Below, one piece after another: positions 53,086 through 62,849 of a DNA stretch of 64,000 bases. A program made the position numbers and the translations under genes. How positions within the stretch are numbered: the first letter of the stretch is position 1; each line of letters opens with the position of its first letter. The notes under the pieces were generated by a model, which had not been told where the DNA came from, made no database searches, and saw only the letters and a program-made list of their open reading frames with translations. The stretch spans positions 102,161 to 166,160 of the forward strand of contig JAGYKM010000003.1 of NCBI GenBank assembly GCA_018401675.1. The letters are read 5' to 3'. The DNA is from Alphaproteobacteria bacterium. Its GTDB lineage: Bacteria > Pseudomonadota > Alphaproteobacteria > 16-39-46.

Positions 53086-53117
53086 GGACGCCCTCCTCGC
53101 TTTGTTACCTCAACTGA

Positions 53118-55419
53118 TTAAGTGCCCATTTTTCGAACATAGGCATCGTGAGCAGCAAAAACGGCAAGGTTAACTAACTCGGATACTGGAGCCGTCATCT
53201 CAGCTGTTTGGATAGACTTAGAAAATCCCACGAACAAGGGGCCAACAAGACTGCCCGGACTCACACGCATCGCCAAATCTAATCCAATACCACTGGCTTG
53301 CAGAGTTGGCATAATCAAGACATTGGCGGGACCGGATAGTCTACTGAAGGGGATACAAACACTTAAGATCAGGATTCAACGCCAAGCTTGCCGTCATCTC
53401 TCCTTCATATTCAAAGTCTACTTGCATGGCATCAAGCAGTTCCACTGCCTTACGCATAGAAGATCCTTCTTTCTTCGCCTCATAACAAACAGCACTACCG
53501 AAACAAGAGTTATCGATGAAAGCCACTCTAGGCGTAAAGCCCATGCTCTTTACTTTCTTACAACTCGCCACAGCAATAGACACCAGTTGCTCTGGAGTAG
53601 GTTCCACATAAATCGCTGTGTCGGCCACAAAAATCGTCTCACGAGAAGACAAGAATAAAGAAAGCCCAAAAACTTCCTCGGTAGGCACCACATCTATAAT
53701 ATTCATTAAATCAGCTAACATTTTAGGATGATTGGTAGAAATTGTTCCCACAAGAACCGCATCTGCTTTACCAAACGCCACTAAACACGCCGCAAAAGCA
53801 TGCTTTTCTTGCATGAACATGGTTTCTATTTGAGACCGTTCAATCCCCTTTCTTTGGACCCGTTCATAAACAAAATCTATGTAAGACTCTAAAGAAGCCT
53901 CGGTAATGGGGTTCATAATACGCACAGTTGAATCCGCCATATGCATCTGAGCCATCTTATCTCTAATATGACTCTCATTGCCAATTAGAATGGCCTCTCC
54001 ATATCCACTCGCGGTATACGCAAAAGCGGCGCGAATAAACTTCTCATCTTCTCCTTCCGAAAACACCACTCTTTGTGGATGGGTTCGGACTGACTCAAAC
54101 ACTAATTGAATATGGGCTGAAGCTGGATCCAGGCGTCTACGCAGCTGCAATACATAGTTTTCTTTTGAAACATAGGGTTTTAAAGCCACCTTGGTTCTAA
54201 TCGCCGCCTCAGCAACAGCTACAGGAATGGCTTCAATGAGGCGCGGATCAAAAGGGACAGGCAAAATATAACTACGACCAAATACCAGCTTTCGACCCGC
54301 ATATGCCATATGAACTTCTTCAGGCACGGGTTGCCGTGCCAAAGCGGCTAAGGCTTCCGCCGCCGCAATCTTCATTTCTTCATTTATAATGGTCGCTCGA
54401 ACATCCAATGCGCCCCTAAAAATATAAGGAAACCCTAGAATATTATTAACTTGATTCGGATAGTCAGACCGGCCCGTAGCCATAATGGCATCAGGTCTGG
54501 TTTCAAAAGCATCCTCCGGGGAAATTTCAGGATCTGGATTAGCCATAGCAAAGATAATGGGATCAGGTGCCATAGCTTTTATCATGTCTTTCTTTAAAGC
54601 CCCTTTTCCGGATAATCCTAAAAAGACATCTGCCCCTTCTAAGGCTTCTTCCAAAGTGCGTGCTTTTGTCTCCACAGCATGTTTTTGTTTCCAAGGATTC
54701 TCTATGCCAGGACGCCCTTTATAAATCACACCTTCCCGATCACAAAGCGTCACATTGGCAGGTTGCAAGCCGTAAGCCTCCAGAAGCTCCACACAAGCGA
54801 TAGCCGCAGCCCCTGCACCACTTACTACTAACTTTGTATCCTGGATATCCCTCTGGGTTAAATACAAAGCGTTAATCAATGCCGCCAAAGTAGTTATAGC
54901 TGTTCCATGCTGGTCGTCATGAAAGACGGGAATAGAAAGAGCTTCCTTTAATCGAGATTCTATTAAAAAACATTCAGGGGCTTTGATATCTTCCAAATTA
55001 ATACCACCAAAACTGTCACCGATAGCTTTTACACTTTCCACAAAAAGATCTACATCTTCAGTGCTCACTTCAATATCAATGGCATCTATGTCTGAGAACC
55101 GTTTGAATAGAACAGCTTTTCCCTCCATAACAGGTTTCGACGCTAAAGCCCCAAGATTACCTAGACCTAAGACCGCTGTACCATTTGAGATAACGGCTAC
55201 TAAATTTCCTTTGGCGGTGTATTCATAAGCGGCTTCTGGATTCTCTTCAATTTTCAAGCATGGGGCGGCCACACCTGGAGAATAGGCTAACGCCAGATCT
55301 CTTTGGGTCACCAGGGGCTTTGAGGCAATAATTTCTATTTTTCCAGGACGTCCTTGCGCGTGCAGTGCAAGAGCCTCTTCGTCTGTGACAGAAATCTTTG
55401 GAGAGGTTGGATGGGTCAT
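53118..55419 (-). CDS. maeB: NADP-dependent malic enzyme with a PTA-like domain (frameshift near 53345)
   Basis: LAYSPGVA, INLEDI, FHDDQHGT, ANPDPE, TGRSDYPNQVNN and VVFSEGED. The tail continues as ...GPANVLIMP...VGPLFVG. Confidence 0.95.
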
Positions 55420-55841
55420 AAGACTATTCCTTAAAAAAGTTTCGAATCAATGCCATAAATATCCCTAAGGAAACAACACCGAAGCCTCTCTTAAAAAGCC
55501 TCCGACGGGCTAATTCCTTATGCCTCACTCATACCTTTTTTTTACCCCATCACCAAGTAAAAATAACTCAAGTATGGTTTTCGAAGCCCTTTTAAAAATC
55601 CCCAAACTCATTGCTAGATGCCTCTAAAAGCGCTCATGCTAAGCCTCGACTCTTAGCTTCTCATGAGATTTGACTCAGGTAAAAGATGGACAGCACTTAG
55701 GTCTTTTTTACTCTATGGTCTACCTTAAGTTTCACTAACGGAGACTTAAGATAGAGTTCAACTCTAAGAAACATATGCAATATTTTGGAGGAGGCTTATT
55801 AAGGTATGTTTATCGCAAGAGAAATAATGTCTTAATATAAT

Positions 55842-56519
55842 TTACTTTCCCCGACTCCATTCTTCAAGAATCTCCAAAGCCAGAATTTTTGAGATGGGTC
55901 TTTTATAACGGAGCGCCGCTTTATTCAAATAAACACAAAATTCAGATATACTTCCAAAAGATCGATCCAACCGTCGGAAAATCGTTTCCAAGGTTGCTTC
56001 ACTTACCATGAGTTGGTGACTTTCAAAATAACGGCTCATGTACCCCAAGAGAATCTCATCACTGGGTATGCCGATAGAAAAGCTCGGTATGGATTTAAAG
56101 CGCGACTCTAAATCTTTAAGAGAGTAGGTCATCTGAGAAAGAGGATGTGAAGAGATAATAACTAGGTATTTTTTCCGCTCCCCTATCCAATTATAAAAAT
56201 GGAAAAGTTCTTTCTCCTTACCCTGGCTATTTTCAAAATCATCAATAATAATGATCTGCGCTTGGTTAAGTTCTTTGTTGTCCCTAAAAGACGCAACGTC
56301 ATTTATGGACGCAAAAAAAGCTTCTCGAGGCGTCCCCCAAAGAGTTGCCAAATGAGTTTTGCCACATCCCGAGGGTCCATGAATAGATATGACCTGGCTT
56401 GGCTGCAGGGGCCAATTTTCCAAAACACGAACAGCAGCCTCATTAAAAGGTCCTTGGCAATATATGGCCTTTTCATGAAGGGGAACAATATCTAGAATAT
56501 ATTGATGGGTCATGGGCAA
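55842..56519 (-). CDS. hdaA: DnaA regulatory inactivator Hda/HdaA-like protein
   Basis: GPSGCGKTHL, IIDD, LFHFYN and DLESRF, in its conserved neighbourhood. Confidence 0.88.
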   Translation of the reverse strand: MPMTHQYILDIVPLHEKAIYCQGPFNEAAVRVLENWPLQPSQVISIHGPSGCGKTHLATLWGTPREAFFASINDVASFRDNKELNQAQIIIIDDFENSQGKEKELFHFYNWIGERKKYLVIISSHPLSQMTYSLKDLESRFKSIPSFSIGIPSDEILLGYMSRYFESHQLMVSEATLETIFRRLDRSFGSISEFCVYLNKAALRYKRPISKILALEILEEWSRGK

Positions 56520-56522
56520 AAA

Positions 56523-57608
56523 TTAACGCTTTGCATCAGAATGGGCCTCATAGAGAGTACTCTTCATGTACGCCCCCAATAAAAAACGTGCAAGAACAGC
56601 CAGCATAGCCGCCACAGGCACGGCAAGAATCACGCCCAACAGACCAAACACATACCCCCCTGTAAAGACCGCAAAAATAATCCAGACTGGATGAACATCT
56701 ATGTTTTTTCCTAATAAACGGGGGGTAAGAAAATTAGTCTCAAGCACCACTCCTCCTACAAAAATAGCGATGACGAAAATAAAAATTTGAGGGTCATTTT
56801 GATAAAAAAAGCCAATTATCAGCGCAATTATCAAACCTGACAATGGTCCGATAATGGGAATCAAATAGGCAAGACCAGTGTATAGACCAACCGCCCAGCC
56901 TAACTGCAGGCCAACGGCCCATAACCCCATGGAAAAATATATACCCAAGACAATACAAATGAGACTTTGCCCCCGCACATACCCAGCAAGGGCTCGGTCC
57001 ATAAGAGTCGCTTGGGTTAAAATGGTCTCCTTGTACTCACAAGGCAACCATGACGTGATTTTCGCCACAATTAAGTGCCATTCTTTTAAAAAATAAAAAG
57101 AAACCAGAGGCGTGACGACAACGAGTCCCAAAATACTCGCCACCGCTAACCCACTGGAAAATAACACACCCAAAAGACGTCCTAATCCGATCAACACATC
57201 CCCCATATAGGTACGAACAATCTCTTCGAGTTGAGCCCATTGCTCTGGGGAGATATAAGCTGAAAATCTTTCAAGAAAAGTCTGCACTTGTCCGTGGGCT
57301 TCAAGACTTAAGGCCGGGACCTTGGAAACGAGTTTCAAAATCAGGTCTTGAATTAAAGGGAATGTCCATAAAAAAAGGCCCACCAAGGCGGTGTAGAAAA
57401 GCGCTAATACCAAGAAAGTTCCCCAAGCTCTGGGAATATAGATTCTCTCAAGACGATCGACTAATGGATTGAACGCATGGGCGATGACAAGTCCCAAGAA
57501 AAACGGAATCAGGATGCTTCTCAGCGCATAAAAGAAAAACCCCAACACCAGGATAACCGTAGCCCAAATTAAGAACTTCTGAAAGGGTGAGAATAAAAAT
57601 CGAGTCAC
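56523..57608 (-). CDS. AI-2E family transporter
   Basis: ILIPFF, NPLVDRLE, GYVRGQ and LTPRLLG..VHPVWIIFA. Probable GTG start at 57608 overlaps the upstream stop. Confidence 0.9.
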   Translation of the reverse strand: MTRFLFSPFQKFLIWATVILVLGFFFYALRSILIPFFLGLVIAHAFNPLVDRLERIYIPRAWGTFLVLALFYTALVGLFLWTFPLIQDLILKLVSKVPALSLEAHGQVQTFLERFSAYISPEQWAQLEEIVRTYMGDVLIGLGRLLGVLFSSGLAVASILGLVVVTPLVSFYFLKEWHLIVAKITSWLPCEYKETILTQATLMDRALAGYVRGQSLICIVLGIYFSMGLWAVGLQLGWAVGLYTGLAYLIPIIGPLSGLIIALIIGFFYQNDPQIFIFVIAIFVGGVVLETNFLTPRLLGKNIDVHPVWIIFAVFTGGYVFGLLGVILAVPVAAMLAVLARFLLGAYMKSTLYEAHSDAKR

Positions 57609-58165
57609 ATCAGGGGTCCACTTGGTTTTACCATAGTTTGAACCCAAACTATGACATAAGCCGCCCCAGAGCACAAGGTTACTCCCCCTACGCACCACTG
57701 GCCCAATGAAATAAACAAAGGATCAAATCCTAAATTGAAGGCCCCAATAATTAAAATCATCACCATGAACAAAATCTGACAAGCAGTGTTAATTTTACTA
57801 ATCCACAAAGGCTGAATTTCTATTGGCTTTGCCAATACAAACAAAAAGATAGCCCCCCCTATAATCATGACGTCCCTAAAGATAACGATAGTCACAAGCC
57901 AGGAAGGAATGATCCCACATATACCCAAGGCCAAATAACTGCCCACCAGTAGAGTCTTGTCCGCTAAGGGGTCAAGAATGCTCCCAACCTTTGTTCTAGA
58001 TTTAAGGTGACGGGCCAAAAATCCATCCACTCCGTCAGATATGGCTGCCACAAGAAAAATCCAAAAAGCCAATTGAAAACGGCTTGTGAGAATTAAATCA
58101 AAGACCAGAGGAGCGGACAATAACCGCGCCAGCGATATCAAATTAGGCCAATTAAAAAGTTGCAT
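57605..58165 (-). CDS. CDP-alcohol phosphatidyltransferase
   Basis: PNLISLAR and SDGVDGFLAR...GSILDPLADK. Confidence 0.93.
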   Translation of the reverse strand: MQLFNWPNLISLARLLSAPLVFDLILTSRFQLAFWIFLVAAISDGVDGFLARHLKSRTKVGSILDPLADKTLLVGSYLALGICGIIPSWLVTIVIFRDVMIIGGAIFLFVLAKPIEIQPLWISKINTACQILFMVMILIIGAFNLGFDPLFISLGQWCVGGVTLCSGAAYVIVWVQTMVKPSGPLM

Positions 58166-58275
58166 ATGGGGTCCCCTCAAGTATCCTTTAACTACCGGCC
58201 AACTTGGTTTTAATCTTTAATAAACTTGCCTTTAAACTTCTATTATGGGTAAAAAAGCACTATGAAACGGGCGCT

Positions 58276-59484
58276 TTAAAAGGCATTTTTTTGAAATTCC
58301 AAAATATGCTCTCCATCTGGCCTGACTGTCAAAAAGAGTCCTTGGGTCCGCAAGCTTTCTTGCAAAGAGTCTACATCGCCAAACCAAGCCCACGAAATCT
58401 CAGCTTCATCATTTTTTAACTGATTTATGGTATAGATGTCGAGTCGATTTTCGCCCCTGAGGCGATCTAGCACTTTTCTCATCTCAAACCACCCTTGGGG
58501 AGACGTAAAAGGAACCCGGATTCCCTGCGCGGTCTGATGAGAAGCAGTCTGTGGAGGCTTTGTTAAAATGGCCGGCAACCTTTCCAAAAGAGTACGAGCC
58601 GCTCTTTCAAAAAAAGATTTTTCAGTATCCTTTTCCAAACGGGTAACCACAAACCGGTCAATCACCCCTAACTTATGAGGTGAATCCCATAAAAGCTCAA
58701 TCTCTAAAGCCTCCTCTGCGCCTCCTTGCGACGACCGTAAGTGATGGGCTCTAGCTATAAGAGTGCCCCCTAATGCCTTATGCCGTGGCGCCAAGTTACG
58801 GGTAGCGTCACCACTGGCAGCCCAGGCTTTTTGCGCTTCTACCCCTTGCATATCTTGCAAGTCACCTAATGGAAAAAGAACTGAGTCCTTCTGACTGCAA
58901 AGATCCAAAGTGTCCCAAACCGTTCTCCACCCATTATTTTCTTCCCATAAACGGACCTTTTGATCTTCCATCAACACAGGAATAATTAGAACGCCTTGGG
59001 GAATAATAGGCTCAGGACTTTGAGATAAACTCGGTTGAAGAACCTGCGTATCCAAAGGAGAGATAGGATTATTTGCAACGAGGGTAGTAACCTCATGCCC
59101 CAAGATTTTTTCCAAATCACTTTTCTTCAATCGATAAGCTACACGAGCACGGTATCGATCCTGAGACTGCCTTTCATCAAAAACTTCAAAGTCCTCTACA
59201 AGTCCACTAATCTGCCCATCAGTGAGTAATGTCCCTTGGGGGTTTTCTGGCAAAGCATTTGCCTTAATAATCGTAAGCACCGCTTCTTTTTCACCCAACT
59301 GCAGGCCCTTCTCTCGAGCTTCCAAGGCGCTTCCTCCCCGTTGATCAATAGTGACCTCTTGGGTGACAAAGTCTTCGGCGGTTACCACCACCACTGGAAA
59401 AACCAAAAAAAACGTCCCTAGCCATAACCACCGCACTACATACAGGCTTTGGCTGAAAACAGAATAAGGTTCCAAGTTATGCAT
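58276..59484 (-). CDS. DUF2066-like exported protein (probable start 59484)
   Basis: SALEAREKG, LIIPV...LWEENNGWRTVW and PLGDLQD, in the usual position upstream of the CDP-alcohol transferase/AI-2E/hda cluster. Confidence 0.7.
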   Translation of the reverse strand: MHNLEPYSVFSQSLYVVRWLWLGTFFLVFPVVVVTAEDFVTQEVTIDQRGGSALEAREKGLQLGEKEAVLTIIKANALPENPQGTLLTDGQISGLVEDFEVFDERQSQDRYRARVAYRLKKSDLEKILGHEVTTLVANNPISPLDTQVLQPSLSQSPEPIIPQGVLIIPVLMEDQKVRLWEENNGWRTVWDTLDLCSQKDSVLFPLGDLQDMQGVEAQKAWAASGDATRNLAPRHKALGGTLIARAHHLRSSQGGAEEALEIELLWDSPHKLGVIDRFVVTRLEKDTEKSFFERAARTLLERLPAILTKPPQTASHQTAQGIRVPFTSPQGWFEMRKVLDRLRGENRLDIYTINQLKNDEAEISWAWFGDVDSLQESLRTQGLFLTVRPDGEHILEFQKNAF

Positions 59485-59748
59485 GGAGTCTCTCTTGGTA
59501 TGTGCTTTTTTCAAGCGGGTGGATCTTAAAGACGACCTTATAATGCCGGGTGGCTCTTCAAGAGTCAAATTCATTCGGTTGGTCTTTGCCAAAAGACCTG
59601 TCCCCTTGCTTAGACGGCTGCCGGCATCATGCTTCTTAAGTGACAGATTTTTTTGTAGTTGAAGCACACACCTTTATCCTGTATCATTTATTTCAATAGA
59701 GTAAAAATATAAATCTTATTAAGAAAACATTAAAAGGAGATCTCCTCA

Positions 59749-60129
59749 ATGAAAAAATCAAAGCTCTTTCCCCTTCTAGCTCTCACAGCTTCTTTTAGCT
59801 TCATTCTGCCAGAATTTCTTTGTGCAACCCTTGAAGCTTCTGCCAAATCCAGCTCTTCAGACCCCAAAGCCCTAAAGGCTCAATGGATCAAAGCGCACAT
59901 CGCAGAATCTGCCACAGTCGTTCCTATCATGGCCACCATCAAGGCGCTTCAAGAATTGCAACCTCAAGAACTTCCTACCCAGCAGCATAGGTTAATTGAG
60001 CAGCTTCATAACGAAATTCAAGCCTACATACGCGCCCGTTTCGTAGCACAAGCTAGGTGGTCCAAGTTGCCTAAATCCGTTCGCAAGGCTCAGTGGAGTG
60101 CTTTTGATTCCCAGTTTAAGAAGAAATAA
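59749..60129 (+). CDS. Small secreted hypothetical protein (helical)
   Basis: AAGGAG RBS, MKKSKLFPLLALTAS signal-like N-terminus and a downstream terminator. Confidence 0.65.
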   Translation: MKKSKLFPLLALTASFSFILPEFLCATLEASAKSSSSDPKALKAQWIKAHIAESATVVPIMATIKALQELQPQELPTQQHRLIEQLHNEIQAYIRARFVAQARWSKLPKSVRKAQWSAFDSQFKKK

Positions 60130-60179
60130 ACGAAGCCCTCGTTAAGCTTAGAACTGATATAAGGCGATTTCTATCTTCC

Positions 60180-60219
60180 AGCCAAGCATGTCCGGTTGCA
60201 TGGAGTGCTTGGCTTTTTT
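60180..60219 (+). terminator. Rho-independent terminator
   Basis: AGCCAAGCA/TGCTTGGCT stem followed by a T run. Confidence 0.65.
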
Positions 60220-60435
60220 GAACCCCGTCCATAAACGTCCAAAAAAACTAATGGGTTTTCTAATAAACTCTCGTATCTTTAGAAGCTCTATACCCTGAAA
60301 CGAAGAAGATTATTTAGCCACAAGCACCTAAGTTAGTTGGTTCAGACCAAGTTTTAGCTTTTTTATCATAAGTAATGTACAATTTTTTGTATATATATTT
60401 ACTAGATATTCATTGATGATAGGCGGGGTATTTTT

Positions 60436-61875
60436 ATGGTTAGAACATTTAATACAAATAAAATAAGATTTCTATCAGCTTTCTTTTCCTTATTTTTACT
60501 AAGCTTATATGCAGAAGGCATGCCAAAAAAAGAGCCCTTTACTGAGGAAAGCGACCTCAAAACTAAACCAGAATCTCCCCCATCCGCCACTAAACCTCCA
60601 TCTACCCCTCTTCATGATACCAAAGAAAAAAAGAGAGAAGGAGAGAAGGCATCCGCTTCAGCGCAAAAGAACCCACCTGAGGTCTTGCGGCATTTCTTAG
60701 TAGGAAGTCATGACAAAGATCCATTTGACTTTTTAACGACACTCTACACCGCTGAGCCAAAGCAAGGAGATCTAGCGGACACTTCATTAAATCCCGAAAT
60801 GCCCAGGTTAATTGAGAAAATTTCGGAAAACCCCCAGATCCGAAAGCAATATATACAAGCCTTCCTAGAAATATTGTCCATGCCAGTTTTTTCCCCAGCC
60901 CTTTATATACCCGACTTAAAGTCTGAGTTCCCTAACATGGGACAGGCCACGAGGGTGGCCATTTTCAGAGCGTATTCCTCAGTAAAGTCCTCTACTCGAC
61001 AGTACCATGAAAACATGGAGCAATTAGCACAAGTCGACTCTCCTTTAGCGCGCACCCAAAAATCCTTATCTGCTATCCGCCCGCTAGAGAAACGAATTGT
61101 TAGCGAAGATTTATTGCTAGCCTCTTGCCAACTTCGAGCATACGCCATCCACCAACCGGGTAATTTTTTATATCTAGGGCGATCTCCTGTCCTTTTAGAA
61201 CTTATCAGCACACTCCTTGATAAAAAATATGGAAGGATTTCCCCAAACAGCACTCAACTTAACTTTTCTGGATCTCCCGACATGCTTTCAAGACGTCAAG
61301 ACCCTTTATACGCCCATCCTAAATCCTATCTCCGGGATATGGTCACCTCCAAAAGGCTTCATGCTTTTTTTGAGGAGATGGATAGAAAAAATCTTCATAA
61401 TTGGACTGGACGTACTTACCTTGTCGACATTATTGGAAGTGGATCGGGCCTTGTTGGTTTTTGCCGCATATGGGAGGCTTACTTCACCCACCATAAGAAA
61501 CAGAGCCCTCCCCTCCATTTTCTCTTTCTTTTTTCTTGGAGCTTGATTGATGAATTAAAAACTCCTTACTGGACTTTCTCTCCTAAGGATCACCGATTGC
61601 ACGTTAAGTCCGACCTTGATCGAGGCATTCCCAGCCTTACTATTCCCGCTGATAGTATCCCTATTAACGATACGACCCGGGATAGAACCCTTGACGATGA
61701 TCTAACCCAAAGACTATTTTCGTCAGGCATGAAATATACCGCATGTGAGTGGGGGGAAATACCCCCTCAGCCTGCGCCTTTCCATGAGCACATGAAACCT
61801 TTTCTTGAAAAACTTTTTACGGACCTTATACAAAAAAAACGTAAGAAGCTCGATCCTCTTTTCACGTCAAAATGA
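60436..61875 (+). CDS. Secreted hypothetical protein with a possible phosphoribosyltransferase-like domain
   Basis: Signal peptide ending YAEG-M, a Pro/Lys-rich linker, FLYLGRSP and TYLVDIIGSGSG (resembles a PRPP-binding loop). Confidence 0.5.
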   Translation: MVRTFNTNKIRFLSAFFSLFLLSLYAEGMPKKEPFTEESDLKTKPESPPSATKPPSTPLHDTKEKKREGEKASASAQKNPPEVLRHFLVGSHDKDPFDFLTTLYTAEPKQGDLADTSLNPEMPRLIEKISENPQIRKQYIQAFLEILSMPVFSPALYIPDLKSEFPNMGQATRVAIFRAYSSVKSSTRQYHENMEQLAQVDSPLARTQKSLSAIRPLEKRIVSEDLLLASCQLRAYAIHQPGNFLYLGRSPVLLELISTLLDKKYGRISPNSTQLNFSGSPDMLSRRQDPLYAHPKSYLRDMVTSKRLHAFFEEMDRKNLHNWTGRTYLVDIIGSGSGLVGFCRIWEAYFTHHKKQSPPLHFLFLFSWSLIDELKTPYWTFSPKDHRLHVKSDLDRGIPSLTIPADSIPINDTTRDRTLDDDLTQRLFSSGMKYTACEWGEIPPQPAPFHEHMKPFLEKLFTDLIQKKRKKLDPLFTSK

Positions 61876-61923
61876 TCTAACTTCACAAGCAGCTTTATCC
61901 ATCCTAGAAGGGACTGCCTGGTT

Positions 61924-61965
61924 CCTTAGACTAAAAACACGTAATTACGTGTTTTTAGTCTAAGG
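61924..61965. repeat. Perfect 42-bp palindrome with no spacer
   Basis: CCTTAGACTAAAAACACGTAATTACGTGTTTTTAGTCTAAGG is its own reverse complement. Confidence 0.95.
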
Positions 61966-62237
61966 CTCTCAATTTGATGGAGGGGATTCAAAAAAATCCT
62001 ATAATAGATGAGATGGTAGACAAGTTTTTTCATTATCTAAGGCTCTGTTTTTGGGAGTCCAATTTTGTAAAAAATGTCTTTAAGCCAAATAGTTCTCAAA
62101 CGCCCTTCATATTATTCTAATAATTTGCTATGCTGGCTTGAATATTTGATCTAATCGCTTATCTCATTTACCATCATTCTTTTTTCACATGATCTTGCAT
62201 TACCCTTACTTTTTAAAGGAACCAACAAGAGAACTTT

Positions 62238-62795
62238 ATGAGCTTTTTAACCCATCACCCCAATCCTTATACGAAAGCTCTTTTTCAGCTCGGAAAAGAA
62301 GAGAACTGTCTTCAGGTCTTCAAAGACCAGTTAGACAGAATTGGTCTTTTTCTAAAGAACAATCCCCCTCTTATAAATCAATTCTCAAATCCTTTTTTGA
62401 CCAGTGCTCATCATCTTAACTCTTTGAAGCCTGTGTTTCACGACAGTTCGCCCTATGTGGTCAACTTTATCAAATTACTGGCTAAGAAAAAGCGTCTCTC
62501 CTTACTGCCTACCCTTATTAAAAGATTTGACTATTTATGCCAAAAAGAAGCTGGTATTTTGACTGCCCATATCCAATCTGCTACGTCTTTGTCTCTTTCT
62601 GAGCAAAAAGTTTTAAGAGAAAAACTTGCCCGTTTATCCCACAGATCTTCCTCTCAGATTATGTTGTCTTTAACGATAGATCCCACTCTTTTAGCCGGAT
62701 TACAAATTTATATGCCGCCCTATTTTGTAGATGCTTCTTTGAGAAGGTATCTTCATAAAATAGATCTCATTGCAAATGACGAGCTTTCACCTTAG
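62238..62795 (+). CDS. atpH: ATP synthase F1 delta subunit
   Basis: PYTKALF, NFIKLLAKKKRL and IDPTLLAG...DASL, directly upstream of atpA. Confidence 0.9.
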   Translation: MSFLTHHPNPYTKALFQLGKEENCLQVFKDQLDRIGLFLKNNPPLINQFSNPFLTSAHHLNSLKPVFHDSSPYVVNFIKLLAKKKRLSLLPTLIKRFDYLCQKEAGILTAHIQSATSLSLSEQKVLREKLARLSHRSSSQIMLSLTIDPTLLAGLQIYMPPYFVDASLRRYLHKIDLIANDELSP

Positions 62796-62849
62796 GGTGG
62801 AAATGGTTTTTTTGTACCTTTTATGCCCATAAGTGGAGGCCCCTTTTCT

